A stretch of DNA of 64,000 nt from an uncultured Actinomycetota bacterium (GTDB taxonomy: Bacteria; Actinomycetota; Actinomycetes; Mycobacteriales; Mycobacteriaceae), in NCBI GenBank assembly GCA_963805675.1, contig CAWDVY010000035.1:78332-142331 (forward strand), given 5' to 3'. A model generated the notes under the pieces. That model was not told the origin of the DNA. It searched no databases and worked only from the letters and a program-made list of their open reading frames with translations. Below, in pieces: positions 53,204 through 62,610 of the stretch (positions are counted from its first letter, which is position 1; every line of letters begins with the position of its first letter). A program made the translations under genes and the position numbers.

Positions 53204-53647
53204 ATGGACTTGATCCTCAAACGGTCAAGCTGTCACCCTGCCGCCGATCTACGACGTTGGGAGCGCGCCGGGCTAGCAGCGTCACCTCTATTGTTGATCG
53301 ATCGAGTTCGCCGGACGAAGGAGCCGCCGACGGTCAACGCAGGCAAGACCCCACCGACCAACCCGCTGACGCCTGGCGAACGCCGTGCCATGTTGGTAGC
53401 GGCCGTCGTTTTCGTTGCTTTGATCGCGGTGGGGGTGGCGGCGTGGGCGATGACGGACCACTCGTCGGGCTATGGCCGATCCGGCGACAGCTGCGTAAAC
53501 GTCACGATCGCGAGTTCGATGGGCAGCGCAGTCGAGCACGCATGTGGTGCAGAAGCACGCGACTGGTGTCGCGCTGTGGCCGCCCAGCATGACGCCCACT
53601 CCGAAGCAGTTCAGGCTCAGTGTCGAATCGCGCGGATTCTGCCATAG
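53204..53647 (+). CDS. Small single-TM protein with four C-terminal cysteines (true start probably downstream, ~53330-53390)
   Basis: TM LVAAVVFVALIAVGVAAWAM followed by C..C..C..C; AAGGAG at ~53318. Confidence 0.55.
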   Translation: MDLILKRSSCHPAADLRRWERAGLAASPLLLIDRVRRTKEPPTVNAGKTPPTNPLTPGERRAMLVAAVVFVALIAVGVAAWAMTDHSSGYGRSGDSCVNVTIASSMGSAVEHACGAEARDWCRAVAAQHDAHSEAVQAQCRIARILP

Positions 53648-53861
53648 CGGACTATGCGGACAAGTCAGCGCGAACGGTTGCTCCTTCCACCATTGGCGAA
53701 GCCGTTGATCCCACGTTCCCATTGAAACGCTATGCGCGGGTTAAGTCCGTCCACGGAAGCGCTTGCGCGCCAACCGCAGTTGGGGGGCCAAGATGTTCAC
53801 ATCGAATTATTCGAGATGCAGCGGGGATAGCCGGCGCCAGCCAGCCGCCAGTGAGCGGAGG

Positions 53862-53885
53862 TCTAGATTCAGGCAGAAATCTAGA
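53862..53885. promoter_or_regulatory. Inverted repeat upstream of amt
   Basis: TCTAGATT-8 nt-AATCTAGA. Confidence 0.4.
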
Positions 53886-53977
53886 GTTAACACTCAATCA
53901 TCTGACCGAAACCCAACGGCGCGAGAATCTGCCCACTCTTGTGTGGCACCGCGACAGCGACCGAAGGGTGGACCGTC

Positions 53978-55366
53978 ATGAACCCTTATCCCGATTGGCT
54001 CAGCCCCGGAGACAATGCGTGGCAGCTGGTGGCGGCGACTCTGGTCGGCCTAATGAGCATTCCGGGTATTGCGGTGCTGTACGGCGGCCTCGTCCAAAAG
54101 AAGTGGGCGGTCAACACGATGTTGATGGCTTTCACCGGGTTTTCGTTGGTATTGGTGGTGTGGGTGCTGTGGGGCTTCAAGATGGGATTCGGGGAGCCTC
54201 AAAAGCTCGGCCCGGGCATCCTAGGGGCCGCGGTGGGCAAGCCGCGCAGCATCTTGGGCGCCGACAACCAGCACCAGGCAGTCATCCCGCTGCTCGACGG
54301 GGCGATGCCTAAATTCCGTTTCCCCGAGACCACGCTGGCTTACTTCCAGTTCGTATTCGCCGCAATCACCCCGCTGCTGTTCTTGGGCAGTGTGGTGGGC
54401 CGAATCAACTTCAAGGTGTGGCTGATCTTCGTGCCGTTATGGTCGACGTTTGCTTATTCGGTCAACGCCTTCCTGGTGTGGGGTGGGGGCTTTTGGGCCC
54501 AGCCGCACACCGGCGTCAGTAGCCTCTTTAGCACCGGAACGCTGGACTATTCCGGCGGATACGTAATTCATCTGGCCGCCGGCACCAGCGGGTTTGTCGC
54601 AGCCGCGGTGATCGGGCCCCGACTGGCCCGCGACCGCGAACGCGCCGTGCCCAACAACTTGCCGATTGCCGCGGTTGGGGCGGGCATCCTGTGGTTGGGC
54701 TGGAACGGGTTCAACGGCGGTGACCCCTACTTCGCCGGCACCAACGCCTCCTTGGCCGTGCTAAACACTAACCTGGCCACCGCAGTGGCGCTGCTGACCT
54801 GGGTAATCTGGGACGTCTTCGCGAGCCGCGAGCGTAAACCCACCCTGCTGGGTGGCATCAACGGCATGATCTCGGGGCTGGTGGCCATCACCCCCGCTGC
54901 CGGCTTTGTCAACAGCTTCGGCGCCATCATCATCGGAGTGGTGGCCAGCTCGCTGGTGTGGATGTCCTGGAACTGGCTGGGCCGCACCCGACTGTTCACG
55001 AAGGTCGATGACAGTCTCGGCGTCGTGCACACTCATGGTGTGGCGGGCTTGGCCGGTGGCCTGCTGGTCGGGGTGCTGGCCGACCCGCACATCGTCATCT
55101 ACCTCGGCAATGGCAAAGACGTCAAGGACGTGACCAACGCGGGTTGGCTGTGGGGCCATCATCCAGCACAAATCCTGGTCCAACTCTGCGCGGCGCTCAC
55201 CATCATCGCCTGGGACGCGTTCGTTACGTTCGCCATCCTGAAGGTTCTTGGCCTGTTCATGAAACTGCGTGCACCCGAAGAAGTCTTGGAACAGGGCGAC
55301 ATCGGCGTGCACTTGGAGGAGGCCTACCCTGACGAGACCCTCGTCCGCGGCGGCCACACGCACTGA
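53978..55366 (+). CDS. amt: Ammonium transporter (Amt/MEP family)
   Basis: [32 protein letters not shown], DD...HG (twin His present). Confidence 0.95.
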   Translation: [462 protein letters not shown]

Positions 55367-55717
<351 letters not shown>

Positions 55718-55856
55718 GGCCGCAATCAGCACACCCGAGTTCGACGCGCATCGACTAGCCCAGCATTAGCCCGTAGGGCAACCAACCGTCGGGCAGTACG
55801 GTGGCCGGTATGACCCGCGCCGACGACGATCGTGCCGGCGCAGCCGGGATCGAGGA

Positions 55857-56543
55857 GTGGCGCTTATGACGACCGTCGACGACAACTACACCGGGCACGT
55901 CGAACCGGGTACCGCCGCAAAACGCACCCTGCCGGGCGTGTCGATCGTGAAGGCGTCGGTGGGCCCCATGGATAACAACGCCTACCTGGTGACGTGTTCC
56001 GCGAGCGGGGAAACGCTGCTGATCGACGCCGCCAATGACGCCGACGTTCTCGTCGAGCTGGTCCGCGAGCATGCCCCGAAGGTGTCGCTGATCGTCACCA
56101 GCCATCAGCATTTCGACCACTGGCAGGCGCTGGAAGCCCTGGCGCAGGCCACCGGCGCGCCGACCGCCGCTCACGAGATCGACGCCGACCCGCTGCCGGT
56201 CAAGCCGGACCGCCTGCTGGCGGGCGGCGACACCGTGCAAATCGGCGAGCTCACGTTCGACGTCATCCATCTGCGCGGACACACCCCAGGATCGGTCGCG
56301 CTGGCTCTCGACGGTCCGGCTACCGGCGGGGTCACCCAGCTCTTCACCGGCGACTGCCTGTTCCCCGGCGGCGTCGGCAAGACCTGGCAGCCCGGCGATT
56401 TCGACCAGCTGCTCGATGACGTCACCACCCGCGTGTTCGACGTCTACGGCGACGCCACCGTCGTGTACCCCGGTCACGGCGACGACACGACGTTGGGTGC
56501 CGAGCGTCCCAACCTGGAGGCCTGGCGAGAGCGGGGTTGGTGA
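55857..56543 (+). CDS. MBL-fold metallo-hydrolase (Rv1637c-like)
   Basis: SHQHFDH, GHTPG, GDCLF, PGHG. Confidence 0.9.
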   Translation: MALMTTVDDNYTGHVEPGTAAKRTLPGVSIVKASVGPMDNNAYLVTCSASGETLLIDAANDADVLVELVREHAPKVSLIVTSHQHFDHWQALEALAQATGAPTAAHEIDADPLPVKPDRLLAGGDTVQIGELTFDVIHLRGHTPGSVALALDGPATGGVTQLFTGDCLFPGGVGKTWQPGDFDQLLDDVTTRVFDVYGDATVVYPGHGDDTTLGAERPNLEAWRERGW

Positions 56544-56584
56544 ATAGCAGCCGCGAAACGCGGTGCAGCACCTACGCTTAGCCG

Positions 56585-58099
56585 ATGAGGCTGGGGATCG
56601 ACTTCGGCACAACGCACACGGTCGTCGCGATCGTCGACCGGGGCAACTATCCGGTGGCGTCGTTCGACGGGGTCGACACGTGGCCGTCGATCATGGCCGC
56701 CAACGCGGCGGGTGAACTCCGCTTCGGTCTGGACGCCGCCGGGGTCCGTCACGACCCGGATTGGTCGGTGCTGCGTTCGTTCAAGCGACTGCTCAACGAC
56801 GCCGGGCCGAGGACAACCGTGGACCTGGCGGGGCGCTGCTATCGGTTGGCTGAACTGCTCGCGGGCTTTCTCGCCCAGCTGAAAACCGACCTGCAGCACC
56901 GTTCGAACGTCGAACTGGCGCCGGGTGAGCGGGTCGAAGCAGCAATCAGCGTTCCGGCCAACGCGTCTAGCGCACAACGATTCCTGACGCTGGACGCCTT
57001 CGCGCAGGCCGGCTTCGAGGTGGTCGCTCTGCTCAACGAGCCGTCGGCGGCGGGCTTCGAATACGCCCACCGATATCGCTCGACCATTACCGCCAAGCGT
57101 GAGCACGTTCTCATCTACGACCTCGGCGGAGGGACATTCGACGCGTCGCTGCTGAAGATGACGGGGCGGTTGAATGAGGTCGTCTTCAGCGAGGGCATTC
57201 AGCGGCTCGGCGGTGACGACTTCGACGACAGGATCCTCAAGCTCGTTCGTCAAGGGGCCGGGCTGCGGAAGTTGCCCGCGGGCACACGTGATCTGCTACT
57301 CGAGGAGTGCGCGGCCCGGAAAGAGGCCGTCGGCCCGAACACCCGGCGATTCCTGGTCGATCTCACCGCGGTCGGCAGACCGCCGTTCTCCTGTGCGATC
57401 GACGAGGTCTACGCGGCCTGTGCGCCGCTGGTGGACAAGACGATTGCCGCTCTCCCCCGCGTGCTGCACGACCGGGCCGGCGGCGACGTCGACTGGTCCG
57501 AGATCGCGGGCATCTATGTGGTGGGCGGAGCCGGAAGCTTCCCACTGGTTGCCCGCACGCTGCGCACCGTGTTCGACGAGAAACGCGTCAAACGCTCACT
57601 GCACCCATTCGCCGCGACGGCAATCGGCCTGGCGGTCTTCCTCGACCGGGAGGCGGGATTTGCTCTCTCCGAACGTCTTTCGCGTCACTTTGGGGTGTTT
57701 CGCGAAGCCTGTGCGGGCGAGGACGTCTGCTTCGACCCGATCGTGCCCAAGGGCGCTGTGCTGCCCACCGCAGGCCAGCCGCCCTTCGTCGTCACGCGGA
57801 CCTACCGCGCAGCACACAACATCGGCCACTTCCGCTTCGTGGAGTGCAGCCGGTTGCGCGACGGCCACCCCGACGGCGACGTGACACCGTATGACCCGGT
57901 GTTCTTCCCGTTCGATCCGGATCTCAACGACGACCAGGATCTGCCGCGCCGGCCGGTGCGACGACGCGACGATGGCCCGGACGTCGAAGAGCGCTACGTG
58001 GTCACACCCGGTGGAGCCGTCGAAGTGACACTTACGACGCGCCCGGATCGGCTGAGCCGGACTTTCCGTTTGGAGCGGCACGATCTGGCCAGCGCGTAG
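56585..58099 (+). CDS. Atypical Hsp70-family protein (actin-like ATPase domain, short C-terminus)
   Basis: GIDFGTT, LLNEPSAA, YDLGGGTFDASL, LGGDDFD, VGG motif; only ~130 aa follow the NBD. Confidence 0.88.
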   Translation: MRLGIDFGTTHTVVAIVDRGNYPVASFDGVDTWPSIMAANAAGELRFGLDAAGVRHDPDWSVLRSFKRLLNDAGPRTTVDLAGRCYRLAELLAGFLAQLKTDLQHRSNVELAPGERVEAAISVPANASSAQRFLTLDAFAQAGFEVVALLNEPSAAGFEYAHRYRSTITAKREHVLIYDLGGGTFDASLLKMTGRLNEVVFSEGIQRLGGDDFDDRILKLVRQGAGLRKLPAGTRDLLLEECAARKEAVGPNTRRFLVDLTAVGRPPFSCAIDEVYAACAPLVDKTIAALPRVLHDRAGGDVDWSEIAGIYVVGGAGSFPLVARTLRTVFDEKRVKRSLHPFAATAIGLAVFLDREAGFALSERLSRHFGVFREACAGEDVCFDPIVPKGAVLPTAGQPPFVVTRTYRAAHNIGHFRFVECSRLRDGHPDGDVTPYDPVFFPFDPDLNDDQDLPRRPVRRRDDGPDVEERYVVTPGGAVEVTLTTRPDRLSRTFRLERHDLASA

Positions 58100-58106
58100 C
58101 GGTCAG

Positions 58107-58889
58107 TCAGGTTGCGGCGTCCAGATCGGGTGTCCAGGCCGCCCCGTTGATATGGCTGCCGCCATCGACGAACAACGTGTTGCCGGTGAGATAGCGGCAG
58201 CCCTCGCCGGCCAGGAACACCACGACCGGGGCGATGTCGAGGTAGGGATCTCCGATGCGGCCCATCGGGTTCATCGCGTCGGCGAACGCTGCGACGTCCG
58301 GGTTGGCACCCAGGGCGCGAATGAACGCCGCGCTCTTGGCCGCCGGGCAGATGGCGTTGACGGTCACGCCGAACGGCGCCCATTCCCTGGCGGCGGTACG
58401 AGTCAGAGCGCGCAGCGCCTCTTTGGCTGCGTTGTACTCCAGGGTGCCCATGTGCGCGTTGACCCCGTTCAGGCTGCAGACGTTGATGACCCGTCCCCAG
58501 CCGCGTGCCCGCATGTGCGGTAGCGCGGCCCGCATGGCCCAGAACGGGCCGTAGTACGCGACGGCGATGCCGTCGCTGAGCTGCTGATCGGTCTTGTTCT
58601 CCACCCGGCCGATCGACCCGCCACCCCAGGCGTTGTTCACCACGACATCAATCGAGCCGTACGCCGAAACAGCCTGCGCGACGGCGCTTTCGACTTGGTC
58701 CCGTACCGAGACGTCGACCGGTACGAACAATCCTCCGATCGCCCTGGCGACGTCACTGCCGCTACGGTTATCACGTTCGGCTACAACAACTTTCGCGCCT
58801 TCTTCGGCGAACCGGCGCGCAATGGCTTCGCCGATACCTGCTCCCGCCCCGGTGACCAGCGCGACCTTGTCCTGCAGTTGACCGGTCAT
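58107..58889 (-). CDS. SDR family oxidoreductase
   Basis: TGAGAGIG, NNA, YNAAK. Confidence 0.92.
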   Translation of the reverse strand: MTGQLQDKVALVTGAGAGIGEAIARRFAEEGAKVVVAERDNRSGSDVARAIGGLFVPVDVSVRDQVESAVAQAVSAYGSIDVVVNNAWGGGSIGRVENKTDQQLSDGIAVAYYGPFWAMRAALPHMRARGWGRVINVCSLNGVNAHMGTLEYNAAKEALRALTRTAAREWAPFGVTVNAICPAAKSAAFIRALGANPDVAAFADAMNPMGRIGDPYLDIAPVVVFLAGEGCRYLTGNTLFVDGGSHINGAAWTPDLDAAT

Positions 58890-59386
58890 GCGCGCCGATC
58901 CTGTCCCTGCATGCCGGCGGCCAGCAGAGCGCGCGCCTCGGTGGAGCCGTCCAGCTCGCGGGTGGTGCGTTTGACGATCCGCCAGCCGGCAGCCGTTCGC
59001 CGCAGCATGACGTGGTTGGCGCCGGCCCGCCACACCCGGTAGCCGCGGCCGTCCACGTTGTGCCGGACCAGGATGGACTCGCAGACCGCGACGGCCTCGT
59101 CGCCGTCGACGTCGACGCGCACCGGGCCGAGGAAATGCGCGGAACCGCCGCTGATCAGCCCTTGGTGTGCCGGGGATCGCACCATCTCGGCAACGTCGGC
59201 CCGGCTGCGCATATGCCAGCCCTCGACGTCGTACTCGCCGTCTTCTGCCCACAACCCGGCGACCGCATCGGCGTCGCCGGCATCCACCAGCGGTCCATAG
59301 GACGCCATCAGGCGACCGATAGCCAGCTCATCCTCCACCCGGCGCAGCCGTTGTTCCAGCGCCGCGAGTCGCGCCTCTGCCGTCAT
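58886..59386 (-). CDS. NTF2/SnoaL-like domain protein
   Basis: RLRRVEDELAIGRLMASYGPLVDAGD...HFLG...VDVDGDEA...W.I.KR. Confidence 0.85.
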   Translation of the reverse strand: MTAEARLAALEQRLRRVEDELAIGRLMASYGPLVDAGDADAVAGLWAEDGEYDVEGWHMRSRADVAEMVRSPAHQGLISGGSAHFLGPVRVDVDGDEAVAVCESILVRHNVDGRGYRVWRAGANHVMLRRTAAGWRIVKRTTRELDGSTEARALLAAGMQGQDRRA

Positions 59387-60186
59387 CGGTGATTCCTCTC
59401 CGCGTGCAACAGCTTCTGCATCGTGCGATGAGCGGCGAGAATGGCCCCGGCCCGATCGGGGTCGCTGCGCATGGCCACGATCTTTTCGTTGCCGCTGACG
59501 ATGTGTACGGGACCGCGGCCCAGCCATTCCAACCCCTCGCGTGCCACGTCGGCAGGCTCGGCGACGATGACTCCGGGAGCGTCGAAGTTCAGGCCGACCC
59601 GTTCCATCGCCGGTGTGCGTGTGACGCCCAGCACCAGTTCGAGCACATCGACGCCGTGCTCCCGAAGCTCCAACCAAAGCCCCTCGGCGAAGACTCTGGT
59701 GAATGCCTTGACACCGCCGTAGACGGTGTGGCGAACCGATCCGAGGTAGCCCGCGAGCGAGCCGAGCAACACGATGCCGCCCCGGCGCCTGGAGCGCATC
59801 GCCTGTCCGAAGTGGTGCACGAGTGCAAGCGGTGTCGAAATGTTGAGATCGATGACCCGCTGAAATTCGGCGAGATCGCCGTCGAGGAACTCGTGGCTGT
59901 GTGTGTTGGCGCCCGCGACCAGGATCAACAGGCCCACCTCGAGCTCGGCGGTCGCCGCCGCGATGCGAGCGCAGGCATCGGGGGCGCTCAGATCGGCCTG
60001 CACGGTACGGACCTCGACGCCGTGCCGGCGGCACCGGTGGGCCGTCTGCTCCAACGCGTCTGCTTTGCGAGCAACCAGCACCAGGTGCAGACCCGCCTCG
60101 GCGAGAAGCTGGGCGAATTCGGCGCCCACACCCTCTGAGCCGCCGGCGATCAGCGCCCACGGCCCATACTTGGCGGTGTCGATCAC
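59383..60186 (-). CDS. SDR family oxidoreductase
   Basis: AGGSEGVG, YGGVK. Confidence 0.9.
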   Translation of the reverse strand: MIDTAKYGPWALIAGGSEGVGAEFAQLLAEAGLHLVLVARKADALEQTAHRCRRHGVEVRTVQADLSAPDACARIAAATAELEVGLLILVAGANTHSHEFLDGDLAEFQRVIDLNISTPLALVHHFGQAMRSRRRGGIVLLGSLAGYLGSVRHTVYGGVKAFTRVFAEGLWLELREHGVDVLELVLGVTRTPAMERVGLNFDAPGVIVAEPADVAREGLEWLGRGPVHIVSGNEKIVAMRSDPDRAGAILAAHRTMQKLLHAERNHR

Positions 60187-60209
60187 CGGGCTGACGTGCG
60201 GACGACCGC

Positions 60210-60653
60210 TTACGTGGTGGTGTGCACGATCAGCACGTCGACCTTGGCCCGGCGCGAGACATTGGCAGGTACCGATCCCAGCAGCCGGCCCGCAATCGTG
60301 CTGAGGCCGACGTTGCCGACGACGAGCAGATCGGCGCCGACTTCCTCCGCCAGTCCGACCAGCGCGTCGACCGGGGCGCCGACAATCGACCGTTCCTCGA
60401 CGTTCTTGGCGCCCGCAGCATGGGCCCGATCTTTGGCCTCGCGCAGGATCGCATAGATCGGGGCACTGCCCGACACCTTGTAGCTTTCGTCTTTCAGGGC
60501 GTCGGCGGCTCGTGCATCCTCCTGCTGAGGCAAGTACGCCGTCGCGACGATCAGCTTGGCGTCCGCCCCGGCGATGTTGCCTGCCCTTTCCACCGCGCGA
60601 AGCGACGAATCCGAGCCGTCGGTTCCTACCACCACGGTCCGATAGGCGCTCAT
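60210..60653 (-). CDS. Universal stress protein (Rv1636/TB15.3-like)
   Basis: VVVGTDGS, VVGNVG...LGSVPANV. Confidence 0.92.
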   Translation of the reverse strand: MSAYRTVVVGTDGSDSSLRAVERAGNIAGADAKLIVATAYLPQQEDARAADALKDESYKVSGSAPIYAILREAKDRAHAAGAKNVEERSIVGAPVDALVGLAEEVGADLLVVGNVGLSTIAGRLLGSVPANVSRRAKVDVLIVHTTT

Positions 60654-60965
60654 TTACCCTCCCAGGTGTCGGTTGCTACGCCAACCCCAGACAGTAACGC
60701 TTTGCCGCAGACAGATGGTCGGATTTGAGACACGCGGACCCGGTGGGCAATTCCGCGCTACCGCCTCGGCGGGGCGCACTCTGGGGCGCCGTTCGCATCG
60801 CCAGCGCCTTCAGCTAACCTCCGAAATCGATGAAATCCCTTGATCCGCAAGCTATTCAGCTGATCGCGTATCGCGACCGGTCGAGCCGCCGGCTTCGGCG
60901 CCATTGCCCAACGCGGTGTGTGAGCAGGTCGGAAGGGTAAGCAGGTTCACCACAGGCCCTTTACA

Positions 60966-62541
60966 GTGACACGCATCATGGTTGCCACAACAGTCGACGA
61001 ACCCAGGACGGCACCCGCCGCAAGCGAGTCGCGCCCGCGGCGGCGCGGCAGGCTGCTCGACCCGCTTGCGATCGCGGTGCTGGCGTCCCTCGTCGGCGGC
61101 GCCGTGGCGAGCCGGCCGTCGCTGTGGTTCGACGAGAGCGCGACGATTTCTGCCTCCGCCAGCCGCTCGTTGCCCGACCTGTGGCGGATGCTGGGCCACA
61201 TCGATGCAGTGCACGGCCTGTTTTACCTGCTGATGCACGGTTGGTTCGCTGTCTTCCCGCCGACCGAGTTCTGGTCGCGGGTTCCCAGTTGTCTGGCGGT
61301 CGGCGGCGCGGCGGCCGGTGTTGTGGTCTTCGGTAAGCAGTTCTTGCCGCGGACCACCGCAGTCTGCGCTGGCATCGTGTTCGCCATCCTGCCGCGCGTC
61401 ACGTGGGCCGCTGTCGAAGCCCGCTCGTATGCGCTGACGGCGGCCGCCGCGGTCTGGTTGACGGTGTTGCTGGTCACCTCGGTACGGCGAAACCGCTGGT
61501 GGCTCTGGCTGCTCTACTCGCTCGCACTGATGCTGTCGATACTTGCTCAATGTCTACCTGGTGTTGCTGGTGCCGGCCTATGCCGTCGTCACACCGGTGC
61601 TCCGGCGCCGCAAACCGGTGCTGCTGTGGTGGGCGATCACGTCAGCGGTGGCAGTGGGCGCCCTGACACCGTTGATGCTGTTCGCGCACGGCCAGAGCTT
61701 CCAGGTCGCCTGGATTAACCCGTTGAACTGGCACAGCGTGCTCGACGTCGTGCAACACCAATATTTCGACAACAGTGTTCCGTTCGCGATTCTGGCGGCA
61801 CTCATTCTCGCTGCCGCGCTGACGATTCGGTTGACGGGTCGATGGCGCTCGGCCGGCGATACCCGCCGAGTGCTGATCATCTGCGCGGCATGGATCGTGG
61901 TGCCCACCGCCGTCAGCCTGATCTATTCGGCGATCAGCGATCCGTTCTACTACCCGCGGTATCTGTTCTTCACCACGCCGGCGATGGCGGTCGTGCTGGC
62001 TGTCTGCATCGTGGCGGTCGCGCGCACACCGCGATGGATCGCCTTGGTGCTGGTAGCGCTCACCGCAGCAGCTTTCCCGAATTATCTCCTGTCGCAACGG
62101 CAGCGCTACGCCAAAGAAGGCTGGGATTACAGCGACGTCGCCGACGTCATTAGCACCCATGCTGCACCCGGGGACTGCCTACTGGTCGACAACACGGTGG
62201 GCTGGCTGCCCGGGCCGATCCGCGCGCTCCTCGCGGCCCGTCCGGCCGCCTACCGGCCATTGGTCGACGTCGGTCGTGGCGTCCCCGCACCCGAGCGCGG
62301 CACTCTTTGGGACGGCCACCTGGCGGTATGGCTGGTGACCGGTCGGCTATACAAATGCACGACTGTATGGACGATTTCCACGCATGACACGGCGCTGCCC
62401 GCCCACCAAAGCGGCACATCGCTGCCGCCAGGACGGGTGCTAGGACGCGCACCCGCGTACCGAACGCCAGAGCTGGTCGGGTTTCGCATCGTCGAACGGT
62501 GGCAATTCCACCGAACCCAGGTCGTCAAGTCGATCCGCTGA
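60966..62541 (+). CDS. GT-C mannosyltransferase (Rv1635c-like) with apparent +1 frameshift at ~61545
   Basis: SLWFDE, EARSYA, YPRY; ORFs 60966-61718 and 61543-62541 join at atacttgctc. Confidence 0.85.
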
Positions 62542-62610
62542 ACCAGTCGCGACCCTGTCGCAGATCTCGCTTGCCGACCCGTTGCTCGGTGGCACCACGG
62601 AGGGCGGCGG

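Noticed and set aside
53780-53935. GlnR box upstream of amt
   Set aside because: GTTAAC and GAAAC half-sites are present but not at the expected 11-bp periodicity.
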